Shown: piece after piece, positions 23,096 through 36,711 of the stretch
How the letters are laid out: every line of letters starts with the position of its first letter
Numbering within the stretch: the stretch's first letter is position 1
Notes under the pieces: generated by a model
Databases searched by the model: none
Told to the model about the DNA's origin: nothing
The model's input: only the letters and a program-made list of their open reading frames with translations
Assembly: GCF_004010195.1 (NCBI RefSeq)
Contig: NC_057753.1
Location: 880,330 to 940,329 of the forward strand
Reading direction: 5' to 3'
DNA: 60,000 nt
DNA from: Chiloscyllium plagiosum
Lineage: Eukaryota
Translations under genes and position numbers: made by a program

Positions 23096-25029
23096 TCACA
23101 TTTAAAAAAAAAACAATATTTAATTTTTCGTGCTGAAATTTCGGACAGTATAAGCTGAAACCTATCGAGAAATCTGGGAATTGGTTGGCAGCTTGATGTT
23201 CAGATTCTCCTGCATCTGCGATTGCTCTTTTCCCATAAGATCTCCATTGCAAAATGAGAGGAAGAAGACTTTTGCAAGCAGTTTGCAAAATTCCAAATCC
23301 ACAAGGCACATTGACTGTTCAGATCTAAGACTTTCGTAAAACATGTGTTCCGAATAGGTTATGAGGGAGGAGTGCAAAGCAGTGTGGTTCTGCATTTGCT
23401 ACATGGTCAGGAAAACTCATACCAGTGGTCAGGTGTGACCTAGTGCGCTCAGGTAACCTGCTTTGGTGAACACACATGTCTGACCCACTGTTGGTGAATA
23501 TGATCGAACTTTGGATATTCAGCAGTTGTTGCTGCTTCATGAAATGAGATACTTATTCTCAGTAGATTTTATCACCTAGTGTGAAACACTGCTTTGTCTT
23601 CGATGTGACATATTTCCATGCTGTGGGGCATACCTTTGCGTGGAGAGGTCTGTTCAATGTGTGTTATAACTGTACGTGCTGATTTGTTGATTGGAGAGCT
23701 GATCTTCAATTATCTGTTCTATGCATCCATACATGTGGCCATCTCTGAGTGGGAAATATCTCATAATATGGCATGTGATATCTGTTTGTGCAGTAGCTAT
23801 TTCGTTATATAGAAGAAACACACTCTTGTGCACTGTTCCGTGATTCGATACTCATGGGGGTGTCAGTAACTGGAGCGATTCCTCAGGTCATGTTACGCGG
23901 TATCTATCCATGTTTGGCACGACTTGTCAATTGAAGAATGATGCAATTACTGAACTTGAATCTCTATATGCGTAATCTTGTGTGATCCAATGACAATACG
24001 AACTGCGAAGCTTTTGTGTGTGTTATTTGTTCATGCTAAAAACGAATCTCGTTTATTGAGATATCATTGACTTTATGTGCTGGTTAGCTGGTGACACGTG
24101 TAAGTCACCTTGCTATGTCAGCTATTTGAAGCATTAGATTTGGATCAGGCAGAGCTGCAAAGATGTTCGGTAGTTACTTCCAATTTACTTCACAGTGCCT
24201 AAATATCTGCTTTCCATCGAAACCCATCATTTTTCATTGTCTGTTCCTTGGCAACTCTATGCCAACTCACACAACTCACTGAATTCCTGATATCAATTGC
24301 ACATGAGTAAATTAAAAGGATTTGCTTTTGAGTTGAAATTGATACCAATTTCAGATGTTGCTGAGCTTACATAGCTGGTCAATTGAATCTGATATGGCAG
24401 TGCTAGGCTAAAATACTGGATATGTGCTTCAAATTCATGCTGTGTAATACTTTTTTGTGATAAGGACGATACTGCTGCGATCATGATTGCTTTGGATGAA
24501 AATTCTAACTGCCTGAATAATTATGATCAGTAATTTCTCCACAATAACTATAATGGTGTAAATTCAATATTTCTTAATGATAGATACTATATTGCCATTA
24601 ATTGACATTTAATTAATTTGAAGAAAAACATAGTGTCACTCGAAATGGAATACACAAACTATCATTGTACTTTTGGAAAATTATTATAAGTGAGTTATTA
24701 AAAGGAACAGCATTTGTGTACTTGAAATTGTTAAGTGTGTCAATTATTACCAAGATACAATGCGAGATTTCCAGTGTTGTGAGTCGCATGTAACTGTATG
24801 GGCTGTGATGAGAATGCAAAGAGGTTCCAAGACGATACGAACAGCATGATGATTGGCCAAAAAGAGAGCAGATTGATCACTTTGTAGATTAAAAGCATGG
24901 TTGTCCACTTTGGCATGACGACCTTCGATGAGGAATACCTTTAAAAAGCCAGGACAATGGGAAATGTTGGTGCTGAAAAGGACGTGTTAGCCTCATTAGA
25001 TTAGTTATTGAAATATAAAAAATGAAAGA

Positions 25030-25450
25030 AAGTGATGGAGTGATTGGAGGGATGGTGTCAAGACAAGAATCTCACTATTAAAGTCAATAAAGCCAAAGAG
25101 TTGATCACTTCCTTGTGGAAGTGAAGATGAGGGCATGCCCCTGTCTCCATCAGTAGTGCTGAGAAGGGGTTGGTCTAGAGCGTTAGAATTCTGGAAGTGA
25201 TGATCACCAACATCCATGTTTGGTCCACCCATGTCGTTTCAATGGTCAATAAAGCGCAACAGCATCTCTATTCCCTCAGGACGCTAACGAAATTTGCGAT
25301 TTCCACAAAGACTCTTACCAACTTTGCAGATGCACCACAGAAACCCTTCTATGTATATGTATCATGGTGCGATTTGGCAACTGTTTTTTCCAAGACAGCA
25401 AGGAACTACAAGACTCATGAATGCAGTACAGTCCACGATGAAAACCTAGC
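25030..25450 (+). mobile_element. Rex1/Babar-like LINE fragment
   Basis: WSTHVVSMVNKAQQHLYSLRTLTKF. Confidence 0.7.
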
Positions 25451-25469
25451 ATCATGACGCCTCTTGTGG

Positions 25470-25790
25470 TCAGTACTATGGGTAATGTCTAAATGGATAT
25501 CCTGAGGCATTTGACGAGATCCATTGTGAAGGACTGGTCAGAAAAATGAAGCTCATGGAATACGAGAAAATGCAGTAAGTTTGGATACAAATCTATGTCA
25601 CGGATAGGATGCAAATTATAATACTAGAAAATGGTTTTCTTTGTTTATGACCATCTCCAGTAATGAAGCCATGATTCAAACCAGGAAAAAGGCGTTCAAA
25701 TAACTTTTTGCTATTTTGACGAGGTAACAAAGTGAGTCCATGAGTGCTATATTGTTGACTTGCTGGCATGAATTTACAAGAAGAAGGGAT
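25470..25790 (+). mobile_element. Degenerate CR1 RT fragments
   Basis: D..AFD...LVRK..AHG-like and FDEVT-like remnants. Confidence 0.45.
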
Positions 25791-25999
25791 CAATATTTCT
25801 CCACAATTGGAAAGTCACGGAGAACAAAGAAAATTGTAAAACATGACAGGGAGCCATATAAATGCCAAATGGAAGAGAATATCTGTGTCGTTCTGCATTG
25901 AGAAACATAGTAGTAAACTGTATGAACAGGCCACAGTTTAAATCTTTAACCGAGAATTGATGCCGTCTTCTCCATCCCATGTGTTGCCTTTTTCATGTA

Positions 26000-27025
26000 A
26001 TCGTTAGTACCAAATGAGTATCTGATTCCACAACCACGCAGTCAGTTAATGCCACTGACTATTCTGTACACAGCAGTGAGTGACAAAGTATGTTTCTCTA
26101 AATTCACTCTGAACTTTCTGCCCCTTCCATAAAATTATTCCCTGTTGTGATTGACCCCTCAAAAAGGGAGTTAGAGCTCTCTTTTCAACCTAGCCCTACC
26201 AGTTTGAATCTTATATTCGACAAGCATGACCCTTTCAATCTTCTCTGCTTTTAGGAAAACGTTGCAAACCGACCTAGGATCTCCACTTTGCTCAGTTTCT
26301 CCGTCCGAGAAAACATACTGGTGAACCTTTTCTGTAGCCCCTCAAGTCCAATCACATTCTTCCTGTTGTAACGCGACCTGAACTGCACAACGTACTCCAA
26401 TTCAGGCCTAACCAGCGCTCTGTACTAGTCCAACATAACTTCCTTCTACTCTGTGCCACGACAGGTGAAAGTAGATGTTCCATAACACTCCTTCATCTTG
26501 TTTCTTCTTCCAAATTGCATCATCTCGCACTTATCATGGTTAATTACCATCTCACCTAGGTCTGCCCATTTCACCCTCTTATCTATATTTTCCAAAACCT
26601 CAAGGATCATGGACCACTCTACCAATAACGGAGTCTTCTGCAAATCTGTTTCATATTCCGCCACATTTTTATCGAAATTATTTGTTTATGTAACAAACAA
26701 TAAGGTCCTAGCACTGGTGCTAGTGACGCACCGTTTCACACAAGCCTCCAGTGACCCAAACAGCCTTCTACCATTACCCTTTGTTTTCTATTATTGAGCC
26801 AGTTTCTCATTTGCCATGACAGGTTTCCCTCAAGTCCACGTGCTTTAACCTTCTCAATCAATCTCCAGTGTGTGGACTTTCAAAAGATTTGTTACAATCC
26901 ATATATTAAGCACATCAACTGAACTCCTGTTGTCCACACACTTTATCGCATTTTCAAATTAATTCTTCATTTGAAATTTGCTACGCATGACGTCCCCCTG
27001 ACAAAGCCATGCTTACTGTTCTCTG
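26000..27025 (-). mobile_element. Degenerate CR1 RT
   Basis: WADLGEMVINHDKCEMMQFGRRN; LVRPELEYVVQFRS-like remnants. Confidence 0.8.
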
Positions 27026-27954
27026 CCCTCTATTGGCTGTTCTCACAACTGTGTAATCTACTCTGTAATGCAAATCCCATGATAGACAATTAATTCCTAC
27101 ATTGAAGTCCACTCAGTCTTACGATGAATGTGTCACATATCTCACGACTGCCGTGATATTATGGAACCTTTACCTCTTTTTTTCAACATGATTAATTCTA
27201 TAAAAAATATTCATCCATTTATTACAGATACATGTGAAATAATGAAATACACTGAAAACTATGGCATCGAAGAAAACTAACTAGAAAGTGTCGATGGAAA
27301 TACCAACAGTTCATTGTCCATCATGACTTTCGTCATCCTGTTTATTCTCAGTATGCTCTACAACACACTTGTAACTGTGGTTATGGAATTAACACATTGA
27401 ATTAATAGAAATGTGACAGTCTGCAACTCCATTACGTTCATAGCTGAGATGCTGCTAAACTGCACATAATAATGCATATGTTTTAAAGAAAAATAGTTAA
27501 TCCTATACAAAAGAATGACATTGAACTTGAATGATTTAATGCTATCTTGAGTAAACGTACTCAATAGGATGATTGCATAGTGTAATGCAGGCACACATGA
27601 AAAAATGTGCGATTAAGGAAACAAAGTAAGTCAGCAATGAAATAATGCTTGATTGGTTGGCTTATAAAACGACAGAAAACGTTTTAAAATGCAAGAGTTA
27701 GTTCATACTTCTTGGTAACAAGTTAGACGCGGTGAAATATGTTGAGGCCCGAGAGTAACAGATGGAAAGAAATTCACAACGAATTGTTATAAATAGTTCT
27801 ACATCTTCGTGAAGAAATGAGGAAAATATCAGTTAATGAAGGATCAGTGACAGATCACTGTGAAAAAATGGAAAGGCATGGGTACGATAGGCGGATTTAC
27901 TTATAACATGCAAGATTCTTCTAGGACTTCAAAGAATAGATGCAGAAAGATACT

Positions 27955-28132
27955 TTTTTAAAAATCACACAACATCAGATTATAGTCAAACAGTATTTTT
28001 GGAAGCACTAACTGTGAAGCAGCAGCACTATGAAAGCTACTGCATCCAATTAAATCTGGTGGGTAATAATCTGGCATTGTGTGACTTTTAATTTAGTCCG
28101 CCCCAGTCCAACACCGGCTCCTCCACATCATG
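27955..28132. mobile_element. Fold-back Penelope-end element (same family as 35725)
   Basis: AAAATCACACAACATCAGATTATAGTC... inverted against ...ATAATCTGGCATTGTGTGACTTTTAA; ends CCCCAGTCCAACACCGGC. Confidence 0.75.
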
Positions 28133-28169
28133 TGGAAAAATTGTTTGTCTTAGTGGTCGAGTAATACAG

Positions 28170-28720
28170 TCATGGAACACACAAGAGGAATTCGATCCGT
28201 TGACTATGCGCTGACCTAACCACATGATCACTCTTTCCAGCATTTCTGTTGGGTATTATGATACTTGAAGAGCTCATCCACGTTTCCAAATAAATATTAT
28301 AAATGTTCTCGCTTCGATTACCCTCCCAGGCATTGGAGCCAGATGCACACTAACATCAGGATGAACAAATACTTCATAAAATTCATTCTAATGCACCTGC
28401 CCTTCATTTGCAATTATGTTCTTCCTTAGTGAACCCTCAAATATAGGAAACAACAGTTTCCCATCTACCCTGTCTAAGCTGTTTATTGTCACATGCATCT
28501 CAATCACGTCCCCCATCAGTTTTCTCTGTTGTAAAGAAAACAAGCAGGATGCATATAGCATCTGTTCATATCTAGGGCTCCAAACCACCTCTAATTCAAG
28601 AAGAACCTTCCAATAGTGTTACAAACACAACTACACATAGTAATCCAGCAGTGCCCTTACCAAAGTTTTGAAGAGCTCCAGCATAACAGCTGCACAATGT
28701 ATACTGATAAACGAAAGGAT
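28170..28720 (-). mobile_element. Degenerate CR1 3' end
   Basis: LFSLQQRKLMGDVIE...LDRVDGKLLFP. Confidence 0.75.
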
Positions 28721-29274
28721 CCGGAATGCCTGCTTTAAAAAGAGTGGAGAGTAACATCCACAGAAGTTTGAGCAGGAACTTCAATATGTCTAGTATTTTT
28801 TATACAAGGAAATGGTTCATCACAACACTCCCTCATATGTGAGCGCTAATTAATACTATTATCCCACAAACTTCTGTACCGTATGACTATCATCGTCATT
28901 ATCATCGTTAGATAATGATGATGCAGTTACCACTTCAATACACCAGTTTCTTATATCTCATGAGTTATCTTGTTTCACTGCATTTCTGTCAGAGCTAATT
29001 TCAGCCATCCTGAGTAATCCACCTTTAACAGAAATTCACCATGATCACTGACAATCTCCACAATCCGTTTGATGTTCTTAGGTGCGACATCGTTCTGGTG
29101 ACTCTGCGTCATGCATACTCTATGATCAATATATCCTTCTTGCTGTGTGGCCTCTACAACCAAAAACAAAGTTAAGAATTCAATGTAACTATCATAGGAT
29201 ATCCTGTTCTTTGCGTACGACACGCAACCTTGAATGAGAAATCAGTCAGCTATTAACCCAAAACAAGCAAATGC

Positions 29275-29415
29275 AGAAGTTCTGAGGAAAGGTCGCTCCA
29301 CCTAAAGCATTAAATCAGCTTCATCTCTAGAGATGCTGAAAGAGACGCTGAGTTTTTTCCACCAGTTTCTATTTTTGTTTATGATTTCCAGTATGCACAG
29401 ATCGTTAGTATTTTT
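29275..29415 (+). mobile_element. Degenerate Penelope-like terminal repeat
   Basis: TTCTGAGGAAAGGTC...AGATGCTG...GCTGAGTTTTTTCC. Confidence 0.55.
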
Positions 29416-32400
29416 AGCTGATGAACATATTTTGTCTGAGAAAAAAGGAATTCTTGCATTACAGTTGGTTGTTCGGTAAGTAGGTTAAAAATACTTCATT
29501 TCACAGGGCACACATTCAAAATATAGAAGAGGTTTCATAGTTTTTTTTTAGATATTCAAAGAATATTCAAGAGGCTTATTATAATTTTTAATTTTAACGT
29601 CTTGTGTTTTAAATAACAAACACAAGCGTAAAGTGTCTTCAGTTCATTCTTTCAGCTTTGCTAGAACATTGAAAACAGGTTCTCCTGCTATTTCCCGCTC
29701 GAACTTTAGAAATGTGATTCTCAACCGTCTCTCGTTATATGCTGCATGGTATGCTTTTACATTTTTCCACTAACTAGCTCTGAAACATGTCATTGCCCCA
29801 ACATTACTGCACCAGTGATACCTTTGTCAACTGCTGGCTCGGTTTACACTAATGCCATTTCAACTTGCAGACAGGATGATGATATAGAATGATAATTGAT
29901 TCAATAAACTTAATGATAGGAACATACAATTTGCTGATGTTTTGAAATCAAGTTTGATCTATGTTCGTCAACTGTAAGCAACTTTGCATTTGCCCACACG
30001 GGCCTTGATCTACCTTTGCTTCTGCATAATTGTTTGATTTGCAAAATTGCCAGAGGATTTCTCTGCATTGCATTTGCATTCCTCCTGAACTTAATCTTCT
30101 CTGAAAACATCAGTAAATGCTCCATTTGTTTTTTTTTTCCACGTCCAATTTTCTCTTTGTCCTTTGCATTCTTGAAGAAATGTCTAAAAAGAGTTGAGAT
30201 TACCTGAGAATGGGCTTTTGTCAGTCGTTTCTAGATCATAAACCAGAACTCCCTGATTTCATAATTATTGTCTACTATTTGCAGTTTTGTGTATGCCTCA
30301 GAATATTTATTGATCTTTAAGCTTATTTTTTGTTTCGTAATTATTGGGCTTTTGCTTCCTGCAGGTGAACAGACTATCACTGCTGAAAACAATTACTTCT
30401 GATTTCAGTGAAAGCTTGAGAATGAATCTCCACCAGATGCTGATCGCAAATGCCATTTAATTAACTTTCGCTTTCAACCGTATCGGTTGCTCCTTGCCAT
30501 TACTTCAACGTTTGTTCCTATGTATTCTCAACTAAGGAATGACAACTGTTTGCACTTTTTCAGAAATTAGCGTTTCCCTTCACGCTTTCTCTTTTTAATG
30601 TTGGTGTTAAAGAAATTCCATGTAACTGCTACAAATTGAAGAAATCACACTTCCTCAATTAAATAATCTGAAGACAAATCTTTGAACGTTATGAATTGTT
30701 GGTAACATTTGGACAAATTCGAAGTATACCTTATGTAACTCGCCTATTAGAGATATATTCAATACATCTTTGTGACTAGTAAGTAGAGATAATTTCCAAA
30801 CAGGCACGAGATGAAGCAGAGAATTCTTACCAATAGCAGTAGATACGTAAAAGCCAATTAAGTTAAAAGAAGGTCGAGTTATTATGATAGAAACAAAAAA
30901 AATGCATTTTCCATAAACTGTGTTTGAAAAGATTTAGAAACAAACGTACAATTATGAACATTCCTCTTCTCCCCGCTGTTGTTATCAATAGCCTGACAGT
31001 GCAAGCAGAATATTTCATCTTATTTGCTAAATGCTAAAGCTATCAGTACTGAATGTGAGTAATCGTTTCGTTTGCTGGAACTAACAGAGGAAATGTTTGA
31101 GAATATCTTCAGGATACTTCGAGATACAAAGCCCAGAGAACGCTTAACAAAAACTCATGAGTGTAGCATCCAATTTGATTCCACCATGATACTGTCCCAG
31201 GATTTCATATTCTCGTAGAAATCTAATGGATACTGTGCACTGCCATTAACATCCATAACATCACATGTGTGTAAAAGTGTTGCAAATATGATTCCTTCTT
31301 TCAAACCATGGTTACCAATTCCCAGCAAAGTTGTTGTTATGATATAATAGTTGTTCTAAAGCAATTTCATGGAAGTCTATTTTCCAACATATTATAAAAT
31401 GCTTCATTGCCTCTCTCCGAACAAAAACAAAATAATTCAAACCAACAGCAGATGCTGTGGTCCATCACAGTGACCATTAAAATGACTGATTTCTCTGCTG
31501 TTTGTTTAGATGCAAACATTCCAATTTTCAATTAAAGTGTTTAATTATAAATTAAATTTCGTTTTGAGTGGGTCAGGGATTGAATATTGAAATGAATGGG
31601 CCATTCAAATCCCTGTAACATCTTTGTGCTTCGCCTGCTCAGTATCTTCACTCTATTTCCACATGTTTTTTCAAGGCTTTAAATTAACTTTGTTCACAAG
31701 GCTGGAATGATTGTGATTTTCAAAAAAAGAAAACAATAAAGTATCAGGAACAGGAGAAACTGGCACACAGTTCTGCAAACTGTGGAAATGTAATGCTGCC
31801 ACCAATCGATGTCACTGTTATATTCTCATTTAGTTATTACCTTTATCTTCTGTTCACGCAGCATGTGAAATCTACTTGCTATTATCTGCTCCATATTGCC
31901 ATTCATTTATGTTCTGCTGAAATCTTGCCCTTGAATCTCACACATGATTTCGAAATGCAATTTAATTCAGTTCTTTCAAATTACTAAGTCAGTATTCGCC
32001 CATGTTCGCCATATAAATGGTGCTCCTTTTTGTAATAAGTCAATTTAATACATTTTTAATTGAGCTACTGGTGTTCAGAGTCTATTCATTTACTTTCAAT
32101 GTTGACTGACCGTAGTAAACATCAGGTTAAGTCGAAAGTCATTCCTGTGAAGTGGACAGCATTGACACTCCCAGTTCTTATTGCCCGTCCACAATTCCTC
32201 CTTGCTAGTTTTTCTTCTGTCTGCTACAATCGATGCTACATGGGGGATGGTACAAAGCATGTCAGGATGGTGAGTGATTTGAAGGGGAATTTGCTAATGC
32301 TGTTTGGTCCAATGCAACGTCTCACCTTGTACTTCCAGAGACCTGAGCAAGATGGATCGCAATTTACCATACAACAAAGAAGGGGGATAGAGAGTCATTG

Positions 32401-34299
32401 TATTAGTGTCACAGATTTTAGTCATCAACGGCATCTAGTCTTCAGTTCTTCGTTCTTCATGAAAGACAAAAGTAATTATATCTATCTGCATTGAATTGGA
32501 AGCTCTATTCAGTAATGAATGAAACAATTATTGAAAAATTATTAGCGGTTCCTGATACTTTCGCAGTGGATATTATGGATTGTGTTGAATTAATTATTAT
32601 AATTTTATGAATGCAAAAGGATTTACAACTGCGAGAAGGCTGAGGTTTGAAATTATGCATTGGGAATTCTTCACTTCGCAATGCTGAAGAGCCAGATCAG
32701 TACATGTGGCTTTAGCCGAGGTACTACGATCCCAGACTAGATATTTAATAATATTTTTGTAATGACTTTGAAAAAATATTGTAAGATGTCATCCCAAAAT
32801 GCTACTGCAAACAGCCAAATTGTCAATTTTCAGTGGCCTTAGACACATCGTGAATTTTCCGTGGCATATCTTGTAAAAACAAGAAAGACTGGGGATTCAA
32901 AGATTTCTTGTCATCATTAAGTAGCTCAATCTTAAAGCAAACCCTTACTACCGTATGTCTGTGGTTTTAAGGCAGGCCTCAGGTTTGGTGCTTTCAAGGT
33001 CCGAAAGTTTGTAAGAATATTTTTATTTCATGCATTTGCTGAGCATTGCAAATGGCTCAAATGCTCTTGTATAGAATCATTAAGAGATGAAAAATGGAGT
33101 CGGCCCACGAGGTAAAATTTTAGTCAGTGATTTACGACAGTTATTGGCTATGCATTTATTCAAACATCATCAATGTTATCGGAACAGATCAAAGGAATCG
33201 TAAATTATATTTCATGCAAACAAAATAGTCAGCATTACACATGCAATTACTTCAGTGCCTATCATATTTTTGAGGAAAATCGTCACAAGTGACATAATAT
33301 TGGGATTTGGAGAAGTGAAGTTAATACCTTACAGAGTCCAAGAACACACGGGCAAAATAATTCAATAGGTATCATTAATTTCAATAGGCTGAACGCAAAG
33401 CAAATAAATTCAAGAAAAGTGAGGTTAAATCCACCATACTATGTTGCTGACTGGTGTGATGCTCAGATTATGCTAATCTTTGTCTACTTCACCAATCTGC
33501 TTCTTACGGATTACGCATGACAAACGAAAATCTGCCAGCAAATTTGTCATGCACAATTTCTTCCCTCACTTATCGCAGTCAAACTGTCGAATTCAGTAGA
33601 GTAATACAGAAACGAAACTCAATTGAAAATTTTCAGCTGTTTATCTCAGGAGATACATTAAATCATCGATCTTATCATACTTCGAAACTAAGCAATCTTT
33701 AATGAATTTTCATCAGAAAATTACACAGTGCGGCATGATCAGAAATCAGTTCATACTTTGATCCACTTCTATAATGGGGAATGGTTCATGTCACTGTATT
33801 TGACTCTACCTGATGACTAACGCAAGCGGTTGCATGTATGAGGAACAGGAAAATTGTCTCACATGGCACAGGCAGTACTTCTGTTCGTTTAGATGGCAAA
33901 TAATGTCTCAAAATGTTTAAAAATCTTAATTCTATGTACCTTAACACCTTCGCTGACTCATATCCATTAATCTTTTTTGGAAAGTTTATCTTCTCAGTAA
34001 CAGTTACCCTTTGAGAGATAATGGCAGAGTGCATGTGATAACTGTTTCCAATTTTACTGCAGAATGCTACGTATCATTTAAACTATTTGTTGCCTATGCA
34101 TGTATCCTACAAAAAAAAACTGAAATAGCGAAGTCAAATACTAATAGATTTTCTGCATGCTTAATATTAACTCTTTGATGCAGAAAAGTCGCTTGTTTTG
34201 TCTTTAAGGTGTCATTGTAAAATGCTGTTTTTTTCGGCTTATTGGCGTTGGCGCATACAAGAGATACAGATGGCAGACTAATTGATTTAGAGAAGTGAT

Positions 34300-36700
34300 T
34301 AAACAGCAGGATCTCTCAGATGGGTGACTGCACGAAAGATATGAAGTCACTTCAGAACACTCTTCTGGCTTTTCCTGTCTTAACCAAATTCTCAGCTTTG
34401 GATACAGTTGAAAAGAACAGTCTCTACAATTAAAATCGATGAGACAGTCGAATTTTGGAACTTACATTAGGCAGTCTTTGAGAAAATGTAAAAGCATAGG
34501 TGATATCGGGCACTATTCTGTCAAGCACACAGACAGGAAACTCTGTGAATGTGAGCATAAATATAGGATAGAAGGATGCTTTCATAATGTCAGGAATAAG
34601 GAGGTCTCAAAACGTTTGAGGCATATTGTTAAAGAGGTGAGTGAGAAACCGGAAGTTATTGCACACGTTTGAAAGAGTAGCATAATTAAAGATTTGCAGA
34701 GTAAATATAATAGGTTAGACAGAAGATTAAGAAAAAACAGAACCTCACGAATAGTAGTCTCTGGTTTACTGAAACGAAGGAAAGAATCAAATGATAAAGG
34801 AGATAAATCAATTACTGAAGACGGTGGCTTGTTCAGGCATTCAGGTTCTTGGAGTCTTGGCTCTCTCTGGGGAGAGAAAAGACTTGTCCAAATAAGATGG
34901 GTTTAACTTTCTGGAAGGAATATTCTTGCGGGATGCTTTGCTTATTATTTTAAGGAGCACCATAAACTATTTGAAAGAGGGGGTGAAGGCATTCTAAGTA
35001 GCAGAGCAAATAGCAAGCTAATTGAGGAATTTTTAATCTTAAGAGAAAAAATTGACTAGAGAATACAGACAAGAGCAATTCAAATAAAGCAATAACTCTG
35101 AATAATTAAATTTAATTATTTCCAATGGCAGCTATCTTACAAATATGGGCTGGTGACTTTTAAACACAGGATTCGGGCGTCATACGTCTGACAGAATCCA
35201 GGCTGAGTGTTAGACAGGTCTGGCAGCTCAATGTTTTGGGTTTCAGGTGTGTAGTAAGTACTGACAGTGAGACAAAATAGATAGGGGAGCGGTGTTTTGT
35301 TTAGGGAAAACATTACTGTTCTATCTAGAGAAGATATTTCTGAAAAATCTTCCGGTTAAAATATCAGATTTGGAATTAGAACTAAAAGTATTAATGATGA
35401 CCTTAATGGGATTGTACTGTAGATCTTTCAACACTCAGAGGGAAAAATAGGAGCAAATGTCTAGAGAGATCTTAGATATATGTACGAATAGCAAAGTTAT
35501 AATAGCATATGATTTTAACTTTCCCAAACATTGGCCTGGCCTACGATAATGCTAAAGGTGAATAATATGTTTAATGTGGTCAAGAAAATTATTCTCATCA
35601 GTGTGTGAATGTTCTTACTACAGAAAGAGCAAACCGTGATCTTCTCATGGGTAAAAAGAAACAGGGCAAATGTCTAAAGCAATACTAGGAGAACACTTAG
35701 TGTCTAGTGGTCTTGATTCTGTATATGATTTGGAGATGCCGGTGTTGGACTGGGGTGTACAAAGTTAAAAATCGCACAACACCAGATTATAGTCCAACAG
35801 GTTTAATTGGAAGCACACTAACTTTTGGAGCGCCGCTCTGAAAGGTCGTGTGCTTCCAATTAAACCGGTTGGATTATAACCTGGTGTTGTGCGATTTTTA
35901 ATTCTAAATATTTTATCTCGTTTTGGGAAAGGATAAATCTTGCAGAAAACAATCATGTTTTTATTTGAAATAAGGCAAATATTCATGCGATGAGACAAGA
36001 GATTTCAAAAATTGGTTGGAGTAGACTTTTCGTTGTTGAAGGAACATCTGAGAAGTAAAAGTCATTCAAAACTGTGAAAACAAGAGTTCAGAGTCGTTAT
36101 ATTCCGATTAGACTGAAAGATAAGCTGGTATGATGAAAGAACAATGGATGTAAATACATATTGAGTCAAGAATAAGAAAGCCATATATTTAACATAAACA
36201 ACTGGGTTCAAATAAATCCCTTGAACAGTTTAAAGAGTGGTGGGGCATTCTTAGGTGGGAAATCATGAAGGCAAATAGGTGGAATGAAATATCCTCAGAA
36301 AGTAAGGTTAAGGATAATCCAAAGCTATTCTACGAGTTCATTAAGAGCAAAAGAACAACTAGACTGAAAGTACAGCTCTTTAAAGATAAACTACGTCTTC
36401 CTTGTATTAAATTTCAGGATATGAAACAGACATAAAACGAATGTTATCCATCAGTGTTTTTTTTTCCCTGTGGAGATAAAACGTTAAGCATAGAAAACAC
36501 AATAAAATAAATATTTATGTTTTGAAAACATTTAACATAACAAAAATGGAAGTCTTAGGCATCTCAGAAAATATAAAGTTGGATAAATCTCAGGGACCTA
36601 ACGTAGTTTATCCAAGGAGTTTGTGGGAAGTTAGGGCGAAGACAGCAGTGTCCCTTGCAGATTTTTTTTCTGTTAGCTATAAATATGGAAGTGCTAACAA
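34300..36700 (+). mobile_element. Heavily decayed CR1 LINE (ORF1 esterase, APE, linker)
   Basis: SEKPEVIAHV, RTSRIVVSGLL, DFNFP, LDKSQGPNVVYPRSLWE. Confidence 0.8.
35725..35901. mobile_element. Near-perfect hairpin Penelope-end element nested in CR1
   Basis: 54-bp arms 35765-35818 and 35848-35901 with 3 mismatches. Confidence 0.9.
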
Positions 36701-36711
36701 ATGACTGTAGA

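Noticed and set aside
29900..30200. Minus-strand segment faintly resembling an ST8Sia stem (W..N..FRE...CNA)
   Set aside because: In-frame stops and no sialylmotif L (CAVVGNGG)
5710..33730. Scattered CACAGTG heptamers suggesting Ig/TCR recombination signals
   Set aside because: No nonamer at 12 or 23 bp spacing and no Ig-domain exons
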